Virus record (IMG/VR): IMGVR_UViG_3300020469_000009
Strand: one strand, 5' to 3'
DNA: 64,000 nucleotides
Source of the DNA: a virus
A program made the position numbers and the translations under genes. Below are positions 8,917 through 18,220 of this stretch, piece after piece; within the stretch, counting starts at the first letter, position 1, and every line of letters begins with the position of its first letter. The notes under the pieces are model-generated. The model searched no databases. It was not told the origin of the DNA and worked only from the letters and a program-made list of their open reading frames with translations.

Positions 8917-9538
8917 TAAAGTAGTCTATACCACCAGCACCTTTAAACAAACATAATCCCTTAGCACATATATCAATACTATAATCATCAAGGACCATCT
9001 TTAATTTATCAACTGAGATTGACAAGTTATACTTTTGACTTTTTAATTCTTGTTGTGTTATTTTAAATTTGTTTGAAGTGGGTATTGTTTTATCATGTAC
9101 AATAATACCTTCCTCAGTAAATGTAATATCTGAAGCATTATTAATAGTAGCTGCTTTTGCTAACCTACCTAAATTTTCTTTAGTGATTTCTTTTTGTACA
9201 TCTACTTCTGGTAGTGTGATACCTTTTTCTGGTGGCCTTGCAATAATATTTTCATCTGCATAATAATATTTTTGTTCACCATTTGCATCTGATATTGTTA
9301 GTGAATCTTCACCAAATTCAAATTCAGCATCTTGATCAAATAGTGATACAACACCCATAAATTCATTTAAGTCATATATTGCAAATCTTACTGGAAATGT
9401 TTCATCAACAGTGACCTTTGCATAAATGTCTTTAATATTAGAAATGGTTTCAATTGTACTACCTTCTTCAATTAAGATGGATTGGTTAATTGAGGCAAAG
9501 TTTTTAAGTATGCCCAGTGTTCTCTTGCTAATTTTCAT
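8879..9538 (-). CDS. gp45: Sliding clamp (gp45)
   Basis: MKISKRTLGILKNFASINQSI, FAIYDLNEF, C-terminal YFIAL. Confidence 0.95.
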   Translation of the reverse strand: MKISKRTLGILKNFASINQSILIEEGSTIETISNIKDIYAKVTVDETFPVRFAIYDLNEFMGVVSLFDQDAEFEFGEDSLTISDANGEQKYYYADENIIARPPEKGITLPEVDVQKEITKENLGRLAKAATINNASDITFTEEGIIVHDKTIPTSNKFKITQQELKSQKYNLSISVDKLKMVLDDYSIDICAKGLCLFKGAGGIDYFIALQPDGEYSAV

Positions 9539-9540
9539 TA

Positions 9541-10758
9541 CTATCTCCTTTTATCTGTACGCAATATAACAAAGTTGTTATTAAAACGTCCATTAGGATT
9601 ATACTCCTTAGTGGTTAATTTTTGATATTCTTTATCAAACTGTTTTTCTGTCTTTGATAGTGCTGTTTGCAGGAATTCATCTGCTTTTCTTAACTTTTTA
9701 CCTCTACAACTTGTGACATGCTGAAGTGCTTGACCTTTTACTTCAAAACCTTCTACTCTATCAGAAAAATACTCTACAATTTTTTTATCTTTGCAATTAA
9801 ACAATATTAATCTATGTGCACCGATAATAGTTGTAGGATGTACTGAAACTACTTTATGTTCTGCACAGTCTGGCATATAATTTAGTTTAGCTACTTGTTT
9901 GTCTGCCGCTTTTGGCTTTCTAACTCTACCTGATTTATTTGCTTTTGTAGACATTTTAATTTTGTTTAAATCTTCCATAATCTTATTGAGTTGATTTATA
10001 CGCCATTTGACTTCTTTATTATCTAAATGACTATAACCTTCTATCAATTGTAGATTCCAATCGTCATCTAGCTTTTGTTTTCTAGCAGTCATTAGCTCAA
10101 CATACTCTACAAGCCACTTATTAATTACTTCTTCTACTATACCATTTGCTTTAGAAGTCAGTCCATATTTTTGAAATAGTGTATAAGCATCTATGGTTGA
10201 TCGTTTGCCTTCAATCCAATCATCTTCCATATCATATACATCAGTCATTACAGTGTCCCATACTTTTTCTCTATATAGTTCTATTGGAGACTTACGTTCT
10301 ACTTTAGGCTTATCATCATCTTCTTCTTTAGTATCTTTTTCACCTTCTACTAAAATTAGCTCTAATTTGTTATTGATATATTCTTTTATATCTCTAACTT
10401 TTCCAGATGTACCTGGTAATGTTTCCCAATACTCAGCATATTTCTTATTATAAGAAGGCCAACCTTTTAATACACATTGAATTTCAGCTGACAAAGCTGC
10501 ACCATATCTCCAGTCTTTGACTGCTCTTAGTTGTTTTAATCTTTGAGAAAATTGTGGTGTTTGCTTTGCATATTCTAATGCTATTTTCTTTCCATCTTTT
10601 TTCTGACCTTCTAATCTATAATAGTCAGTAGCATTATTCTTGGCACGGCCAAACTCTTCACCAGTCATTTTTTCTAATTCAATTTGAGTTGGTGGAACAG
10701 GTTCAGCTGTTTTTAACATCACAGCATTACGTTGCTTTTGTTTACGTGTTAGTGGCAT
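9541..10758 (-). CDS. Conserved hypothetical protein of T4-like phages
   Basis: 405 aa; QLIEGYSHL...RKPKAADKQVAKLNY...KKLRK...PNGRFN pattern; GGAG RBS. Confidence 0.75.
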   Translation of the reverse strand: MPLTRKQKQRNAVMLKTAEPVPPTQIELEKMTGEEFGRAKNNATDYYRLEGQKKDGKKIALEYAKQTPQFSQRLKQLRAVKDWRYGAALSAEIQCVLKGWPSYNKKYAEYWETLPGTSGKVRDIKEYINNKLELILVEGEKDTKEEDDDKPKVERKSPIELYREKVWDTVMTDVYDMEDDWIEGKRSTIDAYTLFQKYGLTSKANGIVEEVINKWLVEYVELMTARKQKLDDDWNLQLIEGYSHLDNKEVKWRINQLNKIMEDLNKIKMSTKANKSGRVRKPKAADKQVAKLNYMPDCAEHKVVSVHPTTIIGAHRLILFNCKDKKIVEYFSDRVEGFEVKGQALQHVTSCRGKKLRKADEFLQTALSKTEKQFDKEYQKLTTKEYNPNGRFNNNFVILRTDKRR

Positions 10759-10809
10759 AAAAATACTCCTTGCAAAAAGTGCTTACAGTATTATTATACT
10801 AAGTTTTGA

Positions 10810-10995
10810 TTATTTCTTCTTGGAGGATTTTTCTTCTTGATGAAATTTGATTAGCCATTTCATATCTGTTTGAATTTCTGTGATGGCTTTTTCAATGTGG
10901 GTAAGGTGATTGGTCTCTATAAGGTAAACCCTCCATGCGAGGAATCCTATAAAGCCCACTAGTGTCGTAATAAAGATTGATTCGTATATACCCAT
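10810..10995 (-). CDS. Small late membrane protein (single TM helix plus coiled coil), possibly lysis-related
   Basis: TM helix IFITTLVGFIGFLAW followed by NHLTHIEKAITEIQTDMKWL; TATAAATA at 11080-11087. Confidence 0.6.
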   Translation of the reverse strand: MGIYESIFITTLVGFIGFLAWRVYLIETNHLTHIEKAITEIQTDMKWLIKFHQEEKSSKKK

Positions 10996-11089
10996 CAGTT
11001 TTTCCTAAATTTAAAAGATAATATAATTTATTGTGATATGTTGCGGTTGTTTTAAATCCAGTTTACCAACTGTATAGTGTATTTATACT

Positions 11090-11995
11090 TTAGATAATAA
11101 TAATGGATGCTGAATCTCGAAATGATTTTAATGTTTTATATCCAGCAAATTTACAGCTCTTACTAAGTTGTCTTTGCATGTCGATTGCAGTATTTATAAT
11201 TTGCCCATTATACTGTGTATCGTTTTTAAACATTTTACCATCAATAGTTTCTGTACGGCCAAAAGATTCTTCATGGCCATAAAACATTTCAGATATTTCT
11301 ACTCCTGTTGCACCTAGACAGATGGACTTGGAGATGTCAGCAGTGTCAGTATAGTGTCCAGAAGAAAAGATATGTTTACCAGCGTTCCTAGCAATTTCAC
11401 TATTAATGCTAATGCAACTAGCGTGAGGCATAGCAATCCCAGTCTCCATATAATCCTGAGAATCGAACCTAGAATCAAATCCCACCCTGACAACCTCGAC
11501 GCCAACTTCGAAAAGCTTTCTGGTGGCTGTGGGGTCTGCGACTGGTCCTGCGATAATTTTAACATTTTGGTTTTCCTCCTTAAATTTTGCTACCTTGTAG
11601 ATATATTCTACACTGTGCGTATTATTTGTTTTACTTACTAAGTTTACCCACTGAATTTTTCCTGAAGGTAATTTAGATTTAAGTGCTTTCCACTTATTCA
11701 ATTGTTGTTCTGTATCACCTATAGATACAGCTACATTTTTTCGACCTTTAAAGAAAAAGTCATATAATTCATCTATATCATATCTAGTGGATAACATTAC
11801 TCCACAATTAGTATCAGAATCTGATATAGTTTCAGCTATTTCAAAAGTACCTGTTGCTGGATCTGATGATGCCCATATTACAGGTATATCATCAATTTGC
11901 ATTTCAGGATTGTCACTATTTAGAATACTGGAATAGCGTGGCTCAATGACCACGCTATCCAAGTTAACTGGTTTTTGATTATGCAGCTTGTGCAT
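11090..11995 (-). CDS. GMP reductase/IMPDH-fold protein lacking the catalytic Cys loop
   Basis: LDSVVIEPRYSS, IPVIWASSD, IIAGPV, ADISKSICLGA, MFYGHEES align with GuaC; GIGPGSVC is replaced by GFDSRFDS; likely start MHKLH at 11995. Confidence 0.7.
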   Translation of the reverse strand: MHKLHNQKPVNLDSVVIEPRYSSILNSDNPEMQIDDIPVIWASSDPATGTFEIAETISDSDTNCGVMLSTRYDIDELYDFFFKGRKNVAVSIGDTEQQLNKWKALKSKLPSGKIQWVNLVSKTNNTHSVEYIYKVAKFKEENQNVKIIAGPVADPTATRKLFEVGVEVVRVGFDSRFDSQDYMETGIAMPHASCISINSEIARNAGKHIFSSGHYTDTADISKSICLGATGVEISEMFYGHEESFGRTETIDGKMFKNDTQYNGQIINTAIDMQRQLSKSCKFAGYKTLKSFRDSASIIII

Positions 11996-12917
11996 ATTCA
12001 ACAGCTTTTTTAACAGCGTTAATTTTCTTAACTCTGTTTCCACCAAACCAAGCAGAGTGAACTCTGTTATCTCTAGTGTTAGCCAACTCATGGTCAGTCA
12101 TGTAAGTGACTGCATTAAGAGCTTGCCAGAAAGTACCCTTTTGAAAATTAGCACCCGGTTGAGTGTCAATAACTTCAAGAGCTCTTTGACCATTTCTAGT
12201 CAAGATAACATTATCTTTCTCTGATTTTGATGATTTGCCAAATACATCAGCAAAGTAGTTGTTAAGAGAGTCTTTAGTAAATCTCTTAGTACCTAAGAAC
12301 TCAGCTACTTCTTTGTATTCGTCCATTGACTCTTTAGCTAAACCTAATGTTTGCTGCACAGTTTGAGCATCAAATACTTTCCTGTGGTCTAGTGAAACAC
12401 CAGATTTTCCACCAAGAGCCATTGTCAATGTGTTATTGCATACAACTCTGATAGGTGAGAATCTTACATCAATAGATTTACCATATTGATGTGGATTAGA
12501 AAAAAGTAAATATGATTCAATTTTATCACCATTGAATAATTCAAAGTCATCATCTACTTTAGCCAATGCCCATACCATTTTGCCATCTTGTAAAGAACCA
12601 GCAGTATGCATTTGCATATTACCTTGTTTTACAAAATCAACAAAGAAGTCAAAAGCTTCATCATTTTGTACAGGCTCCCAATTTTGTCCGATAACACTTA
12701 AAACCTTTTGGTCTGTGCTACGTACAAGAGCTTGTTGTGAAGGTATACGAATTTCTTCGTTACCTGATTTTGCTACCATTGGAAGTTTTTCAACACTCCA
12801 ATCTAGCCCCGCAGCTTCTTGCATCTCACGAGGTGTGAGACTATCCGCTACTTTTACTCCAAGACCATGCCAAGGTAATTCCCCCGCATAAGCCATTGTT
12901 TCTACTGCATGTGCCAT
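11979..12917 (-). CDS. DUF932 family phage/plasmid-like protein
   Basis: MAHAVETMAYAGELPWHGLG, PIRVVCNNTL, WQALNAVT; strong AAGGAGG RBS. Confidence 0.9.
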   Translation of the reverse strand: MAHAVETMAYAGELPWHGLGVKVADSLTPREMQEAAGLDWSVEKLPMVAKSGNEEIRIPSQQALVRSTDQKVLSVIGQNWEPVQNDEAFDFFVDFVKQGNMQMHTAGSLQDGKMVWALAKVDDDFELFNGDKIESYLLFSNPHQYGKSIDVRFSPIRVVCNNTLTMALGGKSGVSLDHRKVFDAQTVQQTLGLAKESMDEYKEVAEFLGTKRFTKDSLNNYFADVFGKSSKSEKDNVILTRNGQRALEVIDTQPGANFQKGTFWQALNAVTYMTDHELANTRDNRVHSAWFGGNRVKKINAVKKAVEYAQAA

Positions 12918-13107
12918 AATAATCCTCCTTTTGTTTGCTATGATATTATGATATTAAAGTTATACTCTTGAAGCGTGATTTTTTTATTTTTTTAAAAAAA
13001 ACTTGATTTCTGCATTGTTTTATTATTTTAACAATTAATTTAACCATTCAATTCATAACAATTTCTTTTGCAAAAATAGCAATCTGAAACAGTGCTGCAG
13101 CAATTGT

Positions 13108-13452
13108 TTAGACGCCATGTAAATTAGAAACTGGATTCTGTGAACGCTCAATATCATTTTCATTGCTATTTCCTTCCCATATTTCTACAATCTCAGCAAC
13201 CTCTTTACCAGGATTGAATGGTCTATGCCACCCTTTTACTGGTATCTGAAATGCCTTGAATTTCTTTAACTCTGTGATTGATTTGTATTCATTCTCAATA
13301 GAACACTCACCTTTAATAAGGGTCCAATATTCTGCCCTTCTGAAGTGTCTCTGCATTGATAGTGATTTACCTGGTTGAATTACCAGGAGTTTTACCGAAT
13401 AGTTGTCACCTTCGGCTAATATTTTATAATGTCCCCACTGTCGCTTAATCAT
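13108..13452 (-). CDS. Mannose-6-phosphate isomerase type II cupin domain protein
   Basis: RQWGHY, PGKSLSMQRHFRRAEYW, WH, ENDIER. Confidence 0.85.
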   Translation of the reverse strand: MIKRQWGHYKILAEGDNYSVKLLVIQPGKSLSMQRHFRRAEYWTLIKGECSIENEYKSITELKKFKAFQIPVKGWHRPFNPGKEVAEIVEIWEGNSNENDIERSQNPVSNLHGV

Positions 13453-13459
13453 GACGGAT

Positions 13460-13479
13460 GGAGTCCCCGAAGGGACTCC
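13460..13479 (-). terminator. GC-rich hairpin with a cUUCGg tetraloop
   Basis: Minus strand GGAGTCCC-TTCG-GGGACTCC in the intergenic gap; no clear U-tract. Confidence 0.6.
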
Positions 13480-13485
13480 TAATAA

Positions 13486-13686
13486 TTAAAACATACCTTC
13501 ATCTTTTAAGATAGTAAAAACACCATAACCTATTGCAGCCATAGCTACAATTTTGGTCAATGGAGATGCGATAAGTATAAGAGTTCCAATACCGATAATT
13601 ACGATACCGTCCCAAGATGTTCTTTCTTTAAGACGTGAAGTCACCCATTCAATACCTTCCATTACTGTTTCTTTAATTGATTCCAT
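13486..13686 (-). CDS. Small two-TM membrane protein
   Basis: RLKERTSWDG followed by two hydrophobic helices; AAGGAG RBS and upstream AATAAATA. Confidence 0.8.
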   Translation of the reverse strand: MESIKETVMEGIEWVTSRLKERTSWDGIVIIGIGTLILIASPLTKIVAMAAIGYGVFTILKDEGMF

Positions 13687-13718
13687 GTTAGTTTTCTCCT
13701 TTTGTTATAACAATATAT

Positions 13719-14711
13719 TTATTCTATATTGTTAGCTATTGCAAGAGTTCTTGGATTACCTCTATTAGTAAGTCTAAAAGATAATCTATGTAAAACTCTC
13801 TGTTCTAGTACCTCATCTTTTTCAGGTACTCTTTTGTGTTGAGTAAGTAATTGGTCCATTATAATGACATCTCCTACTTCCCAATCATGTTGATAGATAT
13901 ACTTAGGTTGAAATAAGTATTCTTCTAATTCATCTCTTAATTTATGTCCTGGGTCATCATTTATTTGCATGTGATTATACTTATGCCAATAGATACCTTT
14001 TGTACCACCAGCATTTTCTTGTATTAGCCAAAGCTTAAATGGTTTTTTACCTGCTAATTTAAAGACCATGTGTTGTTCTTTTGACATGACCTTTCCCCAT
14101 TTTTCATAGTCATAAATATACGTAGCATATCTACCTTCTATTTTTTTTCTTAAATTATCTGGCATTTCTTTTAATGCCGGAATAGTATTCATAAATAATG
14201 TAGGTGTATTTTCAGCTCCTTTTATAGCTTGTAATGCGACTCCATCTGCACCGTGTAATTGATTAAGATTACAGTGCCAGTCTAAATAACCTAATTGAAA
14301 AATACCTGTCCATTTATTATTTTTCTTTTCACCAGTGACTCTTTGTACAGGATATTTTTTATGTGCTGGCCAATTAAATGGGTCAGGGTAATCAGAATTT
14401 TCTCTAAAATTATCATCACCCCAGTAATCACCAGGATTAGGATTTGGCATTTGTTTATTCATTAGACCTTCTAAACCTGTTTTTGCTGATGTACCATCTG
14501 CATTCCAAGCCATAAATCTATAATTATCAATGCCCCATATTTTACTAACAATTTTCGAAAAATGTATTGGATTTATATTTTGTTTTGGTATTATCAAAAT
14601 ACCACATGCCTCTACGGCCCTTTTGATTCTGTCATAATCAGGGTCTTTTAAATTAGTGATATCACAATCATCAAAAACTATTTTGTTGTTCTCTAACCCA
14701 TTCATCATCAT
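13719..14711 (-). CDS. TauD/TfdA-family Fe(II)/2OG dioxygenase
   Basis: LDWHCN, HDWEVGDVIIMDQLLTQHKR, RVLHR. Confidence 0.85.
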   Translation of the reverse strand: MMMNGLENNKIVFDDCDITNLKDPDYDRIKRAVEACGILIIPKQNINPIHFSKIVSKIWGIDNYRFMAWNADGTSAKTGLEGLMNKQMPNPNPGDYWGDDNFRENSDYPDPFNWPAHKKYPVQRVTGEKKNNKWTGIFQLGYLDWHCNLNQLHGADGVALQAIKGAENTPTLFMNTIPALKEMPDNLRKKIEGRYATYIYDYEKWGKVMSKEQHMVFKLAGKKPFKLWLIQENAGGTKGIYWHKYNHMQINDDPGHKLRDELEEYLFQPKYIYQHDWEVGDVIIMDQLLTQHKRVPEKDEVLEQRVLHRLSFRLTNRGNPRTLAIANNIE

Positions 14712-15699
14712 TATTTACCATAAATGTAAATCTATGCAGAACTCTTTTTTCTAGTAATTCTTCTGCTACAAATTCTCTTTTGTGTTGTGTAATTAATTGG
14801 TCCATAAGTATAATATCGCCATCTTCCCAATGATGCTCATATACATATTTGTCTTGAAACATCCAATCATATAAATCTTGTACTAATGTTTCATCGCCTT
14901 CAACACTCATATTATTTAGCCTATGAAAGTAAATACCTTCAATACCTTTTCTATTTTTCTGTATTAGTTTCATATCCATTGCTCTTCTTTCTTTGTTTAA
15001 AGATAAGAATTGCATAGTAATTCTTTGCATTGGATGCATTTTAGAAACATCAGCCCATTTCTTGTGGTCATATTCAAAGTGAGCTTTTTTACCTTCACAT
15101 CTAGCTCTTAATTCTTCTGGCATCTCTTTCAAAGCAGGTACACTGTTAGCATAAAAAGTACTTGCAACATTAGAATCTTTAATTGCTTGTAATCCTACAC
15201 CATCAGCTTCATAAAAATTACCTAAATTGCAGTGCCAATCTAAATCTCCTGTACCAAATATACCACCGCCAAATTTACCTTTCTTTTCACCAGTGACTCT
15301 TTGCACTGGATATGTGTTAGGTTCAGTTAATTGATACGGGTCTTTATAAGGTAATTGTTCAGTAAGTGCTGATGCTGGTGCTCTTGCATTATCCCAAGAT
15401 TGATTGCCTGCTTCAGGTGTAGATGTATATCCAACATTGCCAGTCCACTGCTCTGGTATTTCTATTAAGTCTCCATTTGGCATCCAGGAACACTGTCTCC
15501 AGTTATAGATACCATCTCTTGCTATAGTATCTACAATTTTAGCAAAGTAATTAGAATCTGTATTTTGTTTTCTTAGTAATACTATTTGTTTATTGAATAA
15601 CCACTCCCTGCATATTTTTCCAAGTTCTCTAATATCATTATCATTATCAGGAGAATCTACTACAATTTCGCAGTGAGTTGGATGTATTAATGTGTCCAT
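14671..15699 (-). CDS. TauD/TfdA-family Fe(II)/2OG dioxygenase (tandem paralog)
   Basis: YPVQRVTGEKK, LDWHCN, HHWEDGDIILMDQLITQHKR, RVLHR shared with the neighbour. Confidence 0.85.
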   Translation of the reverse strand: MDTLIHPTHCEIVVDSPDNDNDIRELGKICREWLFNKQIVLLRKQNTDSNYFAKIVDTIARDGIYNWRQCSWMPNGDLIEIPEQWTGNVGYTSTPEAGNQSWDNARAPASALTEQLPYKDPYQLTEPNTYPVQRVTGEKKGKFGGGIFGTGDLDWHCNLGNFYEADGVGLQAIKDSNVASTFYANSVPALKEMPEELRARCEGKKAHFEYDHKKWADVSKMHPMQRITMQFLSLNKERRAMDMKLIQKNRKGIEGIYFHRLNNMSVEGDETLVQDLYDWMFQDKYVYEHHWEDGDIILMDQLITQHKREFVAEELLEKRVLHRFTFMVNNDDEWVREQQNSF

Positions 15700-15926
15700 T
15701 ACGTATTTAACTCGTTTTTATTCATATAAAATCTTACACCTTTAAAGCCAACTATATCTGTAGGTTCTATTTTAAATTGAAACTTTTTACCCATTTCATG
15801 TTGTCTTCTTAAAAAACTCATAGCATTTTCATGTGCCTCAAACATATCTTTACCATTTACCATCTTTGTAGTGGTATAGCCAGGAAACTTTAATATTGCA
15901 CGGACATGCACAGGTTTTGATTTCAT
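15699..15926 (-). CDS. Hypothetical protein
   Basis: 75 aa, translationally coupled on both sides. Confidence 0.6.
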   Translation of the reverse strand: MKSKPVHVRAILKFPGYTTTKMVNGKDMFEAHENAMSFLRRQHEMGKKFQFKIEPTDIVGFKGVRFYMNKNELNT

Positions 15927-17161
15927 TAGTCAGCTTTTGATAATAGTGCGACAGAAGACCTGCCACCAAAACCAAAACTATTTTTTAAAGCATAATTAAT
16001 TTGCATTTCTTTAGGCTTTGTAATTAAGTCAAAATAATCATCACAAGGGTCTTTTAAATTAGCTGTATGTAAAGCAATTCCTTTATTCATCATCATACAT
16101 GTATAAGTTATTTCTGCTAATGTACATGCACCCATTGCATGACCTATATGTCCTTTTAGTGCTGATATTGTTGTACCCTTGGGAAGATAATCTTTTAAGG
16201 TGTTCAATTCTATTTCATCTCCCCTCGGTGTACCTGTGGCGTGCGCATTTACGTAGTCAATATCATCATACGTAATATCTTTGTCTTTCATTAAAGACTC
16301 CAAAGCCATTCTATAAGCTTTGCCATCGTCAGCTGGTGCCATAGGATGTCCAGCATCATTTCGATTTCTTACATCATCTACATAACAAAGAATTTTGGCC
16401 CCTCTTTTTTTAGCCTCATCTTCTCTTTCTACAATCATAGCTGCATAAGAGTTTCTAAGTACTGTGCCTGTTCTATTTTTGTCAAATGGTCTACAAACAC
16501 CATCTGGTGCTGCTGCACCTAAAGACATAAAGAACCATCTTGTTAATTCATGAGCATCTAATTGTTCATATCCTGTCAATATTGCATATTTGTTTCCTCT
16601 TTCCAAATATGCTTTTGCCATATCTAATAAGTAAATACCTGATGAACAAGTAGCAGCTGACTGATATACCGGTCCGTGTAATCCATAAATTCTTGATATT
16701 TCTGTTTGTAAGAAATCAATATTTACATTTAGTAAAAAATATGGATTCATACGTTTAAACTTTTTAATTAGTCCTTGATATATTTCTGCTTTTTTAGCAG
16801 GGTCTTCTTCATGTTCTTCTTTCCATTTTTCAAACCAATAAGACTGAAAGTATTCTAATGTAGTTGTAATAGGACCTCTTGTAGTACCAGTCATAATAGG
16901 TGCTTCTATATCAGATTTAAAATCAATATCAGCCATATTTTTTGCTTTATCAACTAAATCTAATACTGTCATTGTAGACCTATCATAATATTTAGTCATA
17001 GCTTTTCTTAATAATCCTTTTTCAACTATAGAGCTTTTTATAGCATCAATATCCATAGATACTGAAGTATCATCTTTCATATATCTGTCAAAATTATTTT
17101 CAATACCATCACTTCCCATACAGTCCGCAATAGCAACTCCTGTCACAGCTAATCTAGTCAT
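15926..17161 (-). CDS. fabF: Beta-ketoacyl-ACP synthase (FabF/KAS II-like)
   Basis: Cys-His-His triad motifs ATCSSG, NAHATGTPRGD, KGHIGHAMGA; CRPFD; KNSFGFGG. Confidence 0.92.
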   Translation of the reverse strand: MTRLAVTGVAIADCMGSDGIENNFDRYMKDDTSVSMDIDAIKSSIVEKGLLRKAMTKYYDRSTMTVLDLVDKAKNMADIDFKSDIEAPIMTGTTRGPITTTLEYFQSYWFEKWKEEHEEDPAKKAEIYQGLIKKFKRMNPYFLLNVNIDFLQTEISRIYGLHGPVYQSAATCSSGIYLLDMAKAYLERGNKYAILTGYEQLDAHELTRWFFMSLGAAAPDGVCRPFDKNRTGTVLRNSYAAMIVEREDEAKKRGAKILCYVDDVRNRNDAGHPMAPADDGKAYRMALESLMKDKDITYDDIDYVNAHATGTPRGDEIELNTLKDYLPKGTTISALKGHIGHAMGACTLAEITYTCMMMNKGIALHTANLKDPCDDYFDLITKPKEMQINYALKNSFGFGGRSSVALLSKAD

Positions 17162-18005
17162 CTAATACTCCCATTGTTGGGTCTCCAGCTTTTAATTGTT
17201 CAATAGCTTTTTCTCCAACTTTTGCATCTTGAGTTTTTTTAATTCTTTTTGCAATTAAATTTTTCATTGCTTGTCTATCTCCTCCTGCTTGTGCTGCTTC
17301 TTCATCAATACCAAATGCACTTTGTACATCTTCTTCTATATTATTTTCTATATCTTTTAATCTTTGTCTTGCAGCCGTTGGTGATATTTCAAAATATGTA
17401 CCAAACGTTAGTTCTTGTATATGAATATCTTCTGGTTGTTCAACTAACCAATGTACTTTTTTAGCTACTTCTTCACCGTCCATAAAACTTTCTGGTGTAA
17501 ATACAGGTTTAAACAAAGCAACTGCATCTGTATCTACAAATCCAGGTTTCATACAAGTCACTTTACATGGGTACTTTCTAGTAAATCTGTGTGATAATTG
17601 TTTACCAATAAATTGTAATCTATTTTTTTCACTGACATACGGACCCCAGAACTCATTATAAAATGCTCTAGTAATATCATTGTTAGCCATTTCACTAAAA
17701 TTTGTATGAGCCATACCACTTGTAGAACTCATAATAATAATGTGCTTCTTTTTATCTTGCCACTTATTATAAAGACCATAAGTAATTTTTGCTTGACTAT
17801 CTGGCCAGTAAACATTATTAATAAAAATATCTGGGTCTTCTTGTAATACCCAATTAATTACTGATTTATGTTTACCTACATTAACACCATTAGAACGAGA
17901 ACCACCTACAACTGTATAGTGATTAGCTTCTAATCTTTCTTTAATTGCTTTACCAACACCTTTAGTATGTCCAGTAATGCATACTTTTTTATTTTCAAAT
18001 GCCAT
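17154..18005 (-). CDS. Short-chain dehydrogenase/reductase
   Basis: ITGHTKGVG, INNV, SS, YVSEK (YxxxK), PGFVDT. Confidence 0.85.
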   Translation of the reverse strand: MAFENKKVCITGHTKGVGKAIKERLEANHYTVVGGSRSNGVNVGKHKSVINWVLQEDPDIFINNVYWPDSQAKITYGLYNKWQDKKKHIIIMSSTSGMAHTNFSEMANNDITRAFYNEFWGPYVSEKNRLQFIGKQLSHRFTRKYPCKVTCMKPGFVDTDAVALFKPVFTPESFMDGEEVAKKVHWLVEQPEDIHIQELTFGTYFEISPTAARQRLKDIENNIEEDVQSAFGIDEEAAQAGGDRQAMKNLIAKRIKKTQDAKVGEKAIEQLKAGDPTMGVLDD

Positions 18006-18220
18006 TAGTCAAAATACTTTTTTAAAGCGTCTAGTTTATCATCACACTCAGCAATCTTCATAAGTTCACCTTCAATAGTGACTGCTGTGTCAGGATGTTC
18101 TGCAACACCTACACCATTTGTGATAAGTGTTCTTACATTTAAAATATGAGCTTCTTTTTCACCTCTTAGTTTAAGAGTTAAAGCATTAACCCATTGTTCA
18201 CTTAAATTACTATTACTCAT
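18005..18220 (-). CDS. Small conserved hypothetical phage protein
   Basis: GVGVAEHPD...IEGEL..IA..DDKL..LKKYF pattern. Confidence 0.7.
   Translation of the reverse strand: MSNSNLSEQWVNALTLKLRGEKEAHILNVRTLITNGVGVAEHPDTAVTIEGELMKIAECDDKLDALKKYFD

Noticed and set aside
11996-12091. N-terminal 32 aa of the track's 333-aa ORF
   Set aside because: Overlaps the DUF932 gene; GuaC similarity starts only after Met 11995.
12918-13107. tRNA or other structured RNA in the intergenic gap
   Set aside because: AT-rich with homopolymer tracts and no cloverleaf or T-loop motif; better explained as a promoter region.
15699-18220. Small ORFs 15699..15926 and 18005..18220 as acyl carrier proteins
   Set aside because: Neither has the (L/G)xDS(L/I) phosphopantetheine attachment motif.
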